Of a stretch of 64,000 nucleotides of DNA, positions 17,863 to 27,237 are shown one piece after another. Within the stretch, counting starts at the first letter, position 1. Every line of letters begins with the position of its first letter. The notes below the pieces were generated by a model. That model saw nothing but the letters and a program-made list of their open reading frames with translations. It had not been told where the DNA came from and made no database searches. The stretch comes from Spirochaetia bacterium (lineage in GTDB: Bacteria; Spirochaetota; Spirochaetia; SZUA-6; Bin103): assembly GCA_965203905.1 (NCBI GenBank), contig CBDBDQ010000005.1:5696001-5760000 (forward strand), given 5' to 3'. The translations under genes and the position numbers were made by a program.

Positions 17863-19143
17863 GTGACCGTAGAACTGGTGGCAATCGGCTCCGAGCTGCT
17901 GCTCGGACAGATCGTGGACAGCAACTCGGCGTGGATGGCGCAGCGTCTGGCCGAGGTAGGCGCCGACCTGTATCGCAAGACTACCGTGGGCGACAACCTG
18001 GAGCGCATGGCAGACGTGCTCGACGGCGCGCTGGGGCGGGCGGACTGCGTGATCACCGGCGGTGGGCTGGGGCCCACCGAGGACGACCTCACCCGGCGAG
18101 CGGTGGCGCAGGTATTCGGGCGTCCCCTGGAACGCCACGCCGGCGCGCTGCGCAACCTGGAGCAGCGGTTCCGCGCGCGCGGCTTCGTGCTGACCCCGAA
18201 CAACGAGAAGCAGGCGCTGCTGCCGGCGGGCGCCACCCTGGTGCACAACCCCAACGGCACCGCCCCCGCATTCATCGTCGAGGATCGGCGTGGCACCGTG
18301 ATCAGCCTGCCGGGGGTGCCGTTCGAGATGAAGTGGCTGATGGAGCACGAGGTGGTGCCCTACCTGCGCCGCCGCTGGGGCCTCGACACGGTGATCCACC
18401 ACCGTGTGCTGAAGGTGGGAGAGCTGGGCGAGAGTGCGGTGGACCACCGCATCGGCGCCATCATGACGGAGTCGGCCAACCCCAAGGTAGGCGTGCTGGC
18501 GCGTCCGGGGCAGGTGGACGTGCGCATCAGCGCCCGCGCCGACTCGGCGGCCGCGGCGCGGGCGCTGATCGCGCCCACGGAGGCGCGCGTGCGCGCCGCC
18601 CTGGGCGACCACGTCTTCGCCACCGACGCGGAGACCCTGGAGAGCGTCGTGGCGGCGGCCCTGACCCGGCGCGGCTGGCGCGTGGCCAGCTACGAGGACC
18701 GCACCGGCGGCAGCGTGGCGGCGGCCCTGCGCGAGGCGGCCGGCGAGCGCTTCGTGGAGGGCCGCGTCGTCGCCACCGAGACCGGCCGCGCGCGGCTGGC
18801 GCAGGCCGGCGGCGAGGGGGCAGAGGCTTCCGGCGCTGCGCTGGCGGCGGCCATGGCGCGCGCCGTGCTCCGGCTCAGCGACGCCGACCTCGCCGTGGCG
18901 GTACACGCGGCCGACGCCGCCACGGACGCGGCCACGGAGGGCGCAGGAGCCGAGATGGCCGGTGCCGCCACCATGGCGGGCTCCGCCCAGCCCCAGAACC
19001 TCGGCCCGGGCAACACCTGGCTGGCGGTGGTCGGGGCCGCGGGGGAGCACAGCCACCACCTGGGAATCGGCGCGCGCGGCCAGGTGGACCGGCGCCGGGT
19101 GGCCGTCGCCGCCCTCAGCCTGCTGCGCAGAGCGCTGCTCTGA
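17863..19143 (+). CDS. cinA: CinA family protein (MocF-like pyrophosphatase + degenerate PncC domain)
   Basis: IGSELLLGQIVDSN, VGDN, GGLGPTEDDLT, NPNGTAP, LPGVPFEM. Confidence 0.9.
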   Translation: MTVELVAIGSELLLGQIVDSNSAWMAQRLAEVGADLYRKTTVGDNLERMADVLDGALGRADCVITGGGLGPTEDDLTRRAVAQVFGRPLERHAGALRNLEQRFRARGFVLTPNNEKQALLPAGATLVHNPNGTAPAFIVEDRRGTVISLPGVPFEMKWLMEHEVVPYLRRRWGLDTVIHHRVLKVGELGESAVDHRIGAIMTESANPKVGVLARPGQVDVRISARADSAAAARALIAPTEARVRAALGDHVFATDAETLESVVAAALTRRGWRVASYEDRTGGSVAAALREAAGERFVEGRVVATETGRARLAQAGGEGAEASGAALAAAMARAVLRLSDADLAVAVHAADAATDAATEGAGAEMAGAATMAGSAQPQNLGPGNTWLAVVGAAGEHSHHLGIGARGQVDRRRVAVAALSLLRRALL

Positions 19144-19195
19144 TCCCGGCCGGCGGCAACGAGCGCGGCCGCGGCGTGCTAACATGGTGGCCGCC

Positions 19196-20050
19196 ATGAC
19201 TGACACACCTGACGACCGTGGCGGGCCGCTGAGCGGCGCCGAGGTGGCGGCGTACCGGCACGACGGCATCGTGGTGCCGCGCCACGCGCTGCCGGCCGCG
19301 CAGCTTTCCTCGTTGACGGCTGCGCTGGACCGGCTGCTCGCCGACAACCCCGGCGTGCGCCCGGAGAAGCTGGTCAGCGCACATATCGAGCGCAGCGCGG
19401 AGGGCGTCAAGGGGAACCGCGTGTTCCTGGAGATTGCCCACCACGCCGCGGTGCTGGACGCGGTGGAGCAGCTCATCGGCCCCGACATCATCCTGTGGGG
19501 GTGCCAGGTATTCTGCAAACCCGGCGGCGACGGGATGGAGGTGCCGTGGCACCAGGACGGCCAGTATTGGCCGATCCGGCCGCTGGCTACCTGCACCGTC
19601 TGGATCGCGATCGACGCCAGCAGCACCGAGAACGGCTGTCTGCGGGTCATCCCCGGCTCGCATCACCGCCACCAGTTGCGCAGCCACCACCGCAGCACGC
19701 GCACCGACGTGGTGCTCGACCAGGAGCTGGACGCGGACGCCTTCGACGAGACGGCGGCCCGCGACGTGGAGCTGCAGCCCGGCCAGATGTCGCTGCACGA
19801 CGTGTACCTGATCCACGGCTCGCATGCCAACTCCTCGCCGCGGCGCCGCGCCGGGCTGGCGTTGCGCTACATGCCGGCCAGTTCCCACTTCGACCGCGGC
19901 CTGCTGCAGCCCGGTTCCTCCACTTCCACCTACGTCGTCGACTTTTCGCAGCGTCCGATCTGGCTGGTGCGCGGCGTCGACCGCAGCGGCAGGAACGACT
20001 TTCGGATCGGACACGATTCAGGCACGGAAAGGAGCAAGCAAGATGAGTGA
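19196..20050 (+). CDS. PhyH family Fe/2OG dioxygenase
   Basis: PWHQDGQYW, ENGCLRVIPGSH, HGSHANSS..RR. Confidence 0.92.
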   Translation: MTDTPDDRGGPLSGAEVAAYRHDGIVVPRHALPAAQLSSLTAALDRLLADNPGVRPEKLVSAHIERSAEGVKGNRVFLEIAHHAAVLDAVEQLIGPDIILWGCQVFCKPGGDGMEVPWHQDGQYWPIRPLATCTVWIAIDASSTENGCLRVIPGSHHRHQLRSHHRSTRTDVVLDQELDADAFDETAARDVELQPGQMSLHDVYLIHGSHANSSPRRRAGLALRYMPASSHFDRGLLQPGSSTSTYVVDFSQRPIWLVRGVDRSGRNDFRIGHDSGTERSKQDE

Positions 20051-20813
20051 ACTTGGTGCGGCGGCACAATTGTATACGGTCCGGGATTACACCCGGACGG
20101 CGGAGGGAGTTGCCGAGACCTTGCGCCGGGTACGGGCCATCGGCTACCGGGCGGTGCAGGTGTCCGCGTTCGGACCCGTCGATCCCGAGGAAGTGGCCCG
20201 GCTGGCGCGCGTGCACGGGCTGCAAATCGCGGCCACCCACTTCGATTGGGACGAATTCCGCACCGATCTGGAACGGCTGATCGACGTCCACCGGCTGTGG
20301 GGCTGCCGCCACGCGGCCATCGGGGGACTGCCCCAGGAATACTACGTTGCCGGCGGCGCGGCCCGTTTCGCCGCCGAGCTGGCACCCATCTCCGAACGGC
20401 TGGCGGCCGCCGGCATCGATTTCTCCTATCACAACCACAATCACGAGCTGGTGCGCTACGGGGACACCACCTGGCTGCACCAGGTGTACGCGGCGGCGCC
20501 GCCGGAGCATCTCAAGGCGGAGCTGGACTTCTACTGGCTGACGGCCGGCGGCGCCGACCCGGCGCAGTGGGTCAGCGACCTGGGCGCACGCCAGCCGATC
20601 GCTCACTTCAAGGATATGGTGGTGATGGCCGACCGCACCCAGCGGTTCGCCCCGGTCGGTGCCGGCAACCTCAACTGGCCGCGCATCGTCGCGGCGTGCC
20701 GGGCTGTCGGGGTGGAATGGGCGATGGTGGAGCAGGATCAGACCTACGGCGCCGATCCGTTCGACGAGTTGGCGCTAAGCTTCCGCAACCTGCAGGCGAT
20801 GGGCATCGACTGA
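20043..20813 (+). CDS. Sugar phosphate isomerase/epimerase (AP endonuclease 2 / IolE-like TIM barrel)
   Basis: QLYTVRD, YHNHNHE, ELDFYW, HFKD, VEQD. Confidence 0.9.
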   Translation: MSELGAAAQLYTVRDYTRTAEGVAETLRRVRAIGYRAVQVSAFGPVDPEEVARLARVHGLQIAATHFDWDEFRTDLERLIDVHRLWGCRHAAIGGLPQEYYVAGGAARFAAELAPISERLAAAGIDFSYHNHNHELVRYGDTTWLHQVYAAAPPEHLKAELDFYWLTAGGADPAQWVSDLGARQPIAHFKDMVVMADRTQRFAPVGAGNLNWPRIVAACRAVGVEWAMVEQDQTYGADPFDELALSFRNLQAMGID

Positions 20814-20819
20814 CCCGGG

Positions 20820-21476
20820 ATGATCGACCACCTGGTGTACGGAGCGCCGGAACTGGCGTCCGCGGTGGCACGGCTGGAAGAACTCCTCGGAGTAGCGGCG
20901 GCAGGCGGCGGCCGCCACGAGGGCCGCGGCACGCACAACGCATTGCTCGCCCTCGGCGCCGACACCTATCTCGAGGTCATTGCGCCGGACCCGTCCCAGC
21001 CGGCACCCTCCGGGCCGCGTCCGTTCGGCCTGGATCACCTCACGGAGCGCCGCCTGGTGACGTTTGCGGTGCACGCCGCGAACCGCCCGGCGGACCTGGA
21101 CCACCAGAGCGCGCCGCGGCAACTGGAACGGTGGCGCCGACGGGCCCTGCAACACGGGTACGACCCGGGACCGGTCAAGACCGGCGGCCGCCGCCGGCTG
21201 GACGGCAGCGAGTTGAGCTGGCACCTGTGTCAGCACCTCGAGCTGCCGTTCGGCGGAGCGGTGCCGTTTCTGATCGACTGGGGGCCGACGCGATCGCCGG
21301 CGTTGACGGCGCCGGCCGGTTGTCGCCTGCTGGAGCTGGAAGTCGGTCATCCGCAACCGGAGGCGGTGCGCGCCGCGCTGCGGGCGCTGGGAGTGGCGGT
21401 GCCGGTGCGGAGCAACCCGGCGCCCCTGCTGCAGGCCACGCTGACCACGCCGCGTGGCCGGGTCGTGCTGGCCTGA
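20820..21476 (+). CDS. VOC / glyoxalase_3 family protein
   Basis: IDHLV, GGRH...GTHNALL, YLEVIAPDP, PFLIDW. Confidence 0.9.
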   Translation: MIDHLVYGAPELASAVARLEELLGVAAAGGGRHEGRGTHNALLALGADTYLEVIAPDPSQPAPSGPRPFGLDHLTERRLVTFAVHAANRPADLDHQSAPRQLERWRRRALQHGYDPGPVKTGGRRRLDGSELSWHLCQHLELPFGGAVPFLIDWGPTRSPALTAPAGCRLLELEVGHPQPEAVRAALRALGVAVPVRSNPAPLLQATLTTPRGRVVLA

Positions 21477-21495
21477 GCCGCCGGCCGTTTCTGGG

Positions 21496-22635
21496 CTACA
21501 GCGGCGCCGAGCCGGGAGCCAGGTGGCGGTTGACCACCTCCTCGTTCAGCTCCACCCCCAGCCCCGGGCCCTGCGGCACCACAAATCGTCCATCGCGCAC
21601 CAGCGGCCCGGGCCCGCGCAGCAGGTCCCAGCGCCATGCCACCTGATCGGCATGGTAGGGCAGCTCCATGCTGTTCAGGTTGCGCACCGCGGCACACACG
21701 TGGGCACTCGCCACCAGTCCCAACGGCGAGGTGATATTGTGGGCGACAAACGGCAGGTAGTAGAGGTCGGCCAGGTCGGCGATCTTCTTCGCCTCCCCCA
21801 CTCCGCCGGTAGCCGCCACGTCCACGTGCACCAGGTCGCACGCCTGGCGCTCGATCAGGCGGCGGAATCCGTCGCGGCGATAGAGCCACTCACCGGTGCA
21901 GATCGGGATCGGAGTGCTGCCCGTTACCTTGGCCAGGGCGTCGACGTTCTCCGGCGGCACCGGGTCTTCCAGGAACATCAACGCGAACGGTTCCAGCCGC
22001 TGTGCGAGCAGGATTACGTCCCGCACGTGATAGATACCGTGACAGTCGATGGCCAGGTCAACGGCGTCGCCCAGAGCGCCGCGGGCAGCGCCAACGAGGC
22101 TCGTCATACGTGACAATTCAACCAGGCTCAGACCCCGGGCGACCAAATCATGGCTCGCTTCGTCAGCGGCATGATCGATGTCGAACTTGATCGCATCGAA
22201 CCCTTCGGCGGCCGCCTCGCGCGCGCGTGCGGCCCAACTCTCCGGCGTGTTCGCCATGTCGACGCCCCGCCCCACATCTGCGTAAAGACGGATTCGGTCG
22301 CGATAAGCGCCCCCCAGGAGCTGGAAAACCGGCACCCCGAGTGCCTTGCCCTTGAGATCCCACAGCGCCGTCGCAACGCCGCCGATAGCTCCCACCAGCA
22401 TTCCCCCGGAGGAATCGCCGGTGGTACCGGCCAGGAGCCGGTTCTGGAGCGGTTCCACATGCAGCGCGTTCTCTCCGACCAGCAGCGGCGCCAGGCGCCG
22501 TTCCACCAGTTCCGGAATGCCTGCGCCCGGGTGCGCTTCACCGGTTCCGATCAGGCCGCTGGAGCTCTCCAGGCGCACGTAGTTCCAAGTCTTCGAACCC
22601 TTTACGGATATGGTCTTGACCGCGGTGATAGTCAT
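21496..22635 (-). CDS. Mandelate racemase/muconate lactonizing enzyme family (sugar acid dehydratase-like)
   Basis: ALWDLKGKALGVPVFQLLGG, KFD, DCH, FLEDP, TGE, GPGLGVEL. Confidence 0.92.
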   Translation of the reverse strand: MTITAVKTISVKGSKTWNYVRLESSSGLIGTGEAHPGAGIPELVERRLAPLLVGENALHVEPLQNRLLAGTTGDSSGGMLVGAIGGVATALWDLKGKALGVPVFQLLGGAYRDRIRLYADVGRGVDMANTPESWAARAREAAAEGFDAIKFDIDHAADEASHDLVARGLSLVELSRMTSLVGAARGALGDAVDLAIDCHGIYHVRDVILLAQRLEPFALMFLEDPVPPENVDALAKVTGSTPIPICTGEWLYRRDGFRRLIERQACDLVHVDVAATGGVGEAKKIADLADLYYLPFVAHNITSPLGLVASAHVCAAVRNLNSMELPYHADQVAWRWDLLRGPGPLVRDGRFVVPQGPGLGVELNEEVVNRHLAPGSAPL

Positions 22636-22677
22636 GCTCGGTCACCCAGGATAACATATCCGCCGGGCTATTCCGAA

Positions 22678-22826
22678 CATGTCCAGCAGACGAACCTGGC
22701 GCACCGGTTCCATGGTCTCTGGCGCCACGGTGTGGCCTTGCGCACTAGTCTGAAATCATGTCCGGCAGACAATCAGGTGCATCGATTTTCATGGTCTCCG
22801 GCATCACGCAGTGGCATTGCGTACTA
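22678..22826. repeat. Degenerate tandem duplication, 79-bp period, two copies
   Basis: CATGTCCAGCAGAC...CATGGTCTCTGGC...GTGGCCTTGCGCACTA (22678-22747) versus CATGTCCGGCAGAC...CATGGTCTCCGGC...GTGGCATTGCGTACTA (22757-22826). Confidence 0.8.
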
Positions 22827-23127
22827 TGCGTAATCCTCCGGCGGCTCTCGCCGGGTCCCGGCGGTCGCGGGAAAAGCAGGAATTGCCATCGCAAACCGCT
22901 TGACTAATTCCATGCGATGCACGTTATTGTATGGCGATTCATGACAGCGTGCACTCTTGAACTTGCCGCACGGAGTTCCCCGCCAGTCCGCTCCCAAGTT
23001 GCACTTGGGCGCAGGGCTTGGGGAACCGGTCACGCAGGAACGGGTCACGTCGTGATCCGCCCTGAACAGGGCACGGGTTCACCATGGGGGTGCTCTGCTG
23101 AAATCAGTTACCCAGTAGGAGGCTTAC

Positions 23128-23388
23128 ATGCCACGTTTCTCGATTCGCCTGGTCAAAGAGGTTAAGGAGCAGGGCGTCACTGACGCGCTGATCGAGAAGT
23201 ACGAGAAGTACGTTCAGCGCATCGACGGTAATTCGGTGGGCCAGTTGAAGTTCCGCGAGTCCGAGGACATCTCGCTCGCCCGCGAGGCACTTCGCCAGGC
23301 CGGCAATAAGCTCGGCCGTGATCTGATTATTCGGCGCCCGCGGGGTGTCGAGAACGTTCTGGAGTTCCGCCTCCGGAACCCGGAATAA
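23128..23388 (+). CDS. Small hypothetical protein (86 aa, charged)
   Basis: Strong AGGAGG RBS, coding-like codon bias, non-GC-artefact amino-acid composition. Confidence 0.8.
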   Translation: MPRFSIRLVKEVKEQGVTDALIEKYEKYVQRIDGNSVGQLKFRESEDISLAREALRQAGNKLGRDLIIRRPRGVENVLEFRLRNPE

Positions 23389-23863
23389 CCCGGCAAACTA
23401 CTTTCTTTACCGAGCGTCCGCGACGGTATCTGCGTCGCCCCGTCACCGTAGACGCGTGAGTTACGACGCCCCGCCGGAGCCGCTGGCGGGTCGCCGCGGA
23501 CGCTAGTTCCTTACCTATCCCGGCATCAGGAGAGCGTGCTGAGCGCGTGCATTGGGGGCACGCGTGGAGTCCGATCGATGGCTTGACCAGACCCAACGTC
23601 CCGAAACGGAGGGCCGTTGCACGAGTTGTGCCCGCACCGTTCCGGGTTAGAAGCCGGAGTGAGAGATCGGTCGCGCCGGGACCCCGCGAATTGGTCGTTG
23701 GTGCGACCCGTTGTTCATTTGGGATGTCCTAAAGTAGTATCCTGTAGGTGCTCGTGTCCCGGTTCGGGCGGCGTGCTTGGCGGGCCGTGGTGGTGGCCCG
23801 GTGCGACAGCCTGTGCGGGGCCGCCGGCCCCGGGCGCATCCGGTTGCCGGGAGGGAAGCAGGA

Positions 23864-24577
23864 TTGATTTCGATTCGCAACGTCACCAAGGTGTACCGGA
23901 GCGGCACTACGGAAGTCGCCGCGCTGCGTGGGGTCAGCATGGAGGTGAAGCGCGGCGAGTTTCTGGCCATCGCGGGACCATCGGGCTCCGGCAAGTCCAC
24001 GTTGCTCAACCTGATCGGCTGCCTCGACGCGGCCACCACCGGGGACGTGCTGATCGACGGCCAGGCGGTGTCGGGCCTGAACCGCAAGCAGCTCGCACTG
24101 TTCCGGCGTCACCATCTCGGTTTCGTGTTCCAGTCGTTCAATCTGATCCCGGTTCTCAGCGCGTACGAAAATGTCTCGTTGGCACTGTCGCTGATCAACC
24201 GAGACGCCCGCGAGGTGCGCACCCGGTGCCTGGAGATGCTGGCGGAAGTCGGGCTGCAGGAGATGACCGGGCGCCGCCCGGGCGAGCTTTCCGGCGGCCA
24301 GCAGCAGCGGGTGGCCATCGCCCGGGCGCTGGTCAAGGAGCCGCAGATCGTGCTGGCGGACGAGCCTACCGCCAACGTCGACTCCGAGACCGGCGAGGGG
24401 CTGCTGGAGTTGATGCGGCGCCTCAACCGTCAGTTCCGCACGACCTTCATCTTCTCCACCCACGACGCCATGGTGATGGACTACGCGGACCGGCTGGTGC
24501 GGCTGCAAGACGGCCGCATTGCCGGTGACGAGAGCCGGACCGAGGCCGCTTCCGGCGCGGCGGAAGCGGGGATCTGA
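23864..24577 (+). CDS. ABC transporter ATP-binding protein (LolD/MacB-like)
   Basis: GPSGSGKST, LSGGQQQRV, LADEPT; probable TTG start. Confidence 0.93.
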   Translation: MISIRNVTKVYRSGTTEVAALRGVSMEVKRGEFLAIAGPSGSGKSTLLNLIGCLDAATTGDVLIDGQAVSGLNRKQLALFRRHHLGFVFQSFNLIPVLSAYENVSLALSLINRDAREVRTRCLEMLAEVGLQEMTGRRPGELSGGQQQRVAIARALVKEPQIVLADEPTANVDSETGEGLLELMRRLNRQFRTTFIFSTHDAMVMDYADRLVRLQDGRIAGDESRTEAASGAAEAGI

Positions 24578-24583
24578 GCGGTC

Positions 24584-25927
24584 ATGGCCGCGTCCCCTTC
24601 GACAGCCCTGGCGCCGGCGTCGCGCGCGCTGCGCCCCGCACCCGCGGGCGGCAGCGACCTGAAGTTTCTGCTCCTGCTGGCATGGAAGAACCTCAGCCGT
24701 CACCGGCGCCGCACGGTCATCACCGCCGGCGCCCTGGCGGTCAGCGTCGCCATGTTCATCTTCATGGACTCGATGCTGCGCGGCATCGACACCGAATCAC
24801 AGCGCAACCTGGTGTGGTACGAGACCGGCGCCGGGCGCGTCGTCAGCGCCGCGCAGTACCGCGACCTGCAGAAGGTCGAGCTGCAGCACGAGATCGTCGA
24901 CTATCGGCCGCTGGGCGCCTGGTTGAGCGAGCGTGGCGTGGCCAACACGCCGCGCATCAGCTTCACCGGCGAGCTGTTCTTCGGCGAGGGCGCACTGCCG
25001 GTGCGGCTGGTGGGCATCGATCCGGCCAGCGACCCGCGCGTGTTCCGGCTGCCCGAGGCGCTGCTGCCCGGCGGCGAGTTTCTCACGGCCGGCGTCCCGG
25101 GTCTGATTCTGGGAGCGTGGATGAGCGAGGACCTGGGAATCACCGTCGGCGACTTCGTGGAGGTACGCACGCGGACCCGCCACGGCGCCATGCAGACGCT
25201 GGAGCTGGAAGTGGTGGGCATCCTGCTCAGCCCCAACCCGACCCTCAACCGCGGCGTGGGATTCCTGCCGCTCGACGTGGTCCAGTACGACCTCGACATG
25301 ACGGGAGTCACCGAGATCGCCCTCGGCGCGTTGCGCAGCCCCTTGGGGCGCTCGGTTCCGGTGCCGTCCGGCGCTGCCCTGAAGCGCGCGCTGGAGCGTC
25401 TCAACGGCGACCTTGCGGGGGTGGCGCCCGGCGTCACCGCCGCCGGCTGGCCGCAACTGGCCCCCGACTACCTGGCGCTGGTGGAGTCCAAGCAATCCAG
25501 CAACGGCGTGCTGCTGTTCCTGATCTTCCTGATCGCCTCCGTCGGCATCTCCAACACCATGCTGATTGCGGTGTACGAACGGATCCGCGAATTCGGGATG
25601 ATGCGCGCGCTGGGCATGGACGACGCGGCGATCCGCGCCACGATCGTGTTCGAAGCCGGTGCCATCGGGCTGCTCGGATCCCTGGCCGGATTGGCCGTGG
25701 GTGCCGCGGCTACCTGGTGGCTGGTCAACTGGGGCATCGACATGAGTGGGCTGTACGGCAACGTCAACATCGGCTACCGGGTCACGGGGATCTTTCGCGG
25801 GGCCTGGAATCCGGGGATCATGCTCACGGCGGTGATCTTCGGGGTGGCGGCGAGCATGGCGATCGCCCTGCTGCCGGCACGCCGGGCGCTCAGGCTCGAC
25901 GTGGTGCAATGCCTTCGCTACGAGTAG
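24584..25927 (+). CDS. FtsX/LolE-like ABC permease (copy 1)
   Basis: LAWKNLSRHRRRT, NTMLIAVYERIREFG..RALG, PARRALRL..V..LRYE. Confidence 0.9.
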   Translation: MAASPSTALAPASRALRPAPAGGSDLKFLLLLAWKNLSRHRRRTVITAGALAVSVAMFIFMDSMLRGIDTESQRNLVWYETGAGRVVSAAQYRDLQKVELQHEIVDYRPLGAWLSERGVANTPRISFTGELFFGEGALPVRLVGIDPASDPRVFRLPEALLPGGEFLTAGVPGLILGAWMSEDLGITVGDFVEVRTRTRHGAMQTLELEVVGILLSPNPTLNRGVGFLPLDVVQYDLDMTGVTEIALGALRSPLGRSVPVPSGAALKRALERLNGDLAGVAPGVTAAGWPQLAPDYLALVESKQSSNGVLLFLIFLIASVGISNTMLIAVYERIREFGMMRALGMDDAAIRATIVFEAGAIGLLGSLAGLAVGAAATWWLVNWGIDMSGLYGNVNIGYRVTGIFRGAWNPGIMLTAVIFGVAASMAIALLPARRALRLDVVQCLRYE

Positions 25928-25934
25928 CGGTCGC

Positions 25935-27233
25935 ATGAAGCTGTGGCGCATCGCCCTGCGCAACGTGGCGCGCAACAAGCGCCGCTCGCTGCTGTCCGGC
26001 TCCGCCATCGCCGTGGCGACACTCTCCGTGGTGCTGATGTTCTCGCTGCTCAGCGGGATGCTCGGCGACCTGGTGGCCACCACCCTGACCTACGACAGCG
26101 GTCACGCGCGGGTACGCCACGCCGAGTACGCCCGCTACGAGACCCTCAGTCCCGTGCACCTCGCGGTAACCGGCGCCGGCGCCCTGGCAGCGCGGCTGCA
26201 GGAGCTGCCGCAGGTGACCGGCGTGCTGCCGCGGGTGCGCTTCGCCGGCGCCATCTACCGCGAGGAGCGCAACCACGGTGCCTTCGGCCTGGGCCTCGAT
26301 TTCGACCGTGAGATCGAGGTGGCGCGCGCCAGATTGCCGCAGATGAGCGGCAGCGGCGCCGGTGCCGCCTCCCTGGAGGAGTTCGCCCGTGCCTGGCAGC
26401 TCGCCGTGCACGGCGGCGGCCTGCCACGCGCCGGCGAGCGTGAGCTGCTGATCAGCGCGGCGCTGGCCGAGGAGCTGGGACTCGCCGTGGGCGACAAGCT
26501 GACGATCCTCACCCGCACCGCGCTGCTGAGCACCCAGGCGTGGACCTTCACGGTGAGCGGCGTGATCGGGTTTCCGATCGGGGGCATGCGGCGCCTGCTG
26601 CTGGCGCCGCTGGACGTGGTGCAGCGTTTCCTCAAGCTGAGCGCGGGCGACGGCGTGACCGAGATTCTGCTGTACACCGGCAGCGAAGAGGAGGTGCCGG
26701 CGCTCACCGCCGCCCTGGCGGAGGCGCTCCCGGAAGGCGATCCCGGTCTTGCGGTGCAGGCGTGGAGCGAGACCAACCCGCTGTTCTCGATGATGCAGGT
26801 GGCCACCCGGATCTATGACATCATCGCGCTGTTCTTCTTCCTGCTGGCCACCACGGTGATCGTCAATACCACCATGATGGTGGTGTTCGAGCGCATGAAG
26901 GAGATCGGCACGATAGCCGCGCTGGGGATGACCGGAACCCAGATCTCGCGCCTGTTCTTTCTCGAGGCGCTGTTCATCGGCATGGCCGCGGCGCTGGCCG
27001 GCGTGGCGCTGGGCGGCGCCATCGTGCTGCCGCTGTCGCAGGTCGGCCTGGACTACAGCGCCGCCATGGAGGGAGTGGAGCTGAACATGTCGGACGTGCT
27101 GTACCCGCGGCTCAGCGCGCGCTCCACCCTGCTGGTGTTCTGCTACTCCATCGCGGTGACCGCCGCCGCCTCCTACTGGCCGGCGCGCAAGGCGGCCCGG
27201 CTGCAGCCGGTGGAGGCACTGCGCGCCACATGA
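25935..27233 (+). CDS. FtsX/LolE-like ABC permease
   Basis: IALRNVARNKRRS, ERMKEIGT..ALG, PARKAARLQPVEALR. Confidence 0.9.
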   Translation: MKLWRIALRNVARNKRRSLLSGSAIAVATLSVVLMFSLLSGMLGDLVATTLTYDSGHARVRHAEYARYETLSPVHLAVTGAGALAARLQELPQVTGVLPRVRFAGAIYREERNHGAFGLGLDFDREIEVARARLPQMSGSGAGAASLEEFARAWQLAVHGGGLPRAGERELLISAALAEELGLAVGDKLTILTRTALLSTQAWTFTVSGVIGFPIGGMRRLLLAPLDVVQRFLKLSAGDGVTEILLYTGSEEEVPALTAALAEALPEGDPGLAVQAWSETNPLFSMMQVATRIYDIIALFFFLLATTVIVNTTMMVVFERMKEIGTIAALGMTGTQISRLFFLEALFIGMAAALAGVALGGAIVLPLSQVGLDYSAAMEGVELNMSDVLYPRLSARSTLLVFCYSIAVTAAASYWPARKAARLQPVEALRAT

Positions 27234-27237
27234 GTCG

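Noticed and set aside
22678-22826. Possible CRISPR mini-array
   Set aside because: Only two long degenerate units, no unique spacers of typical size, and no cas genes in the window.
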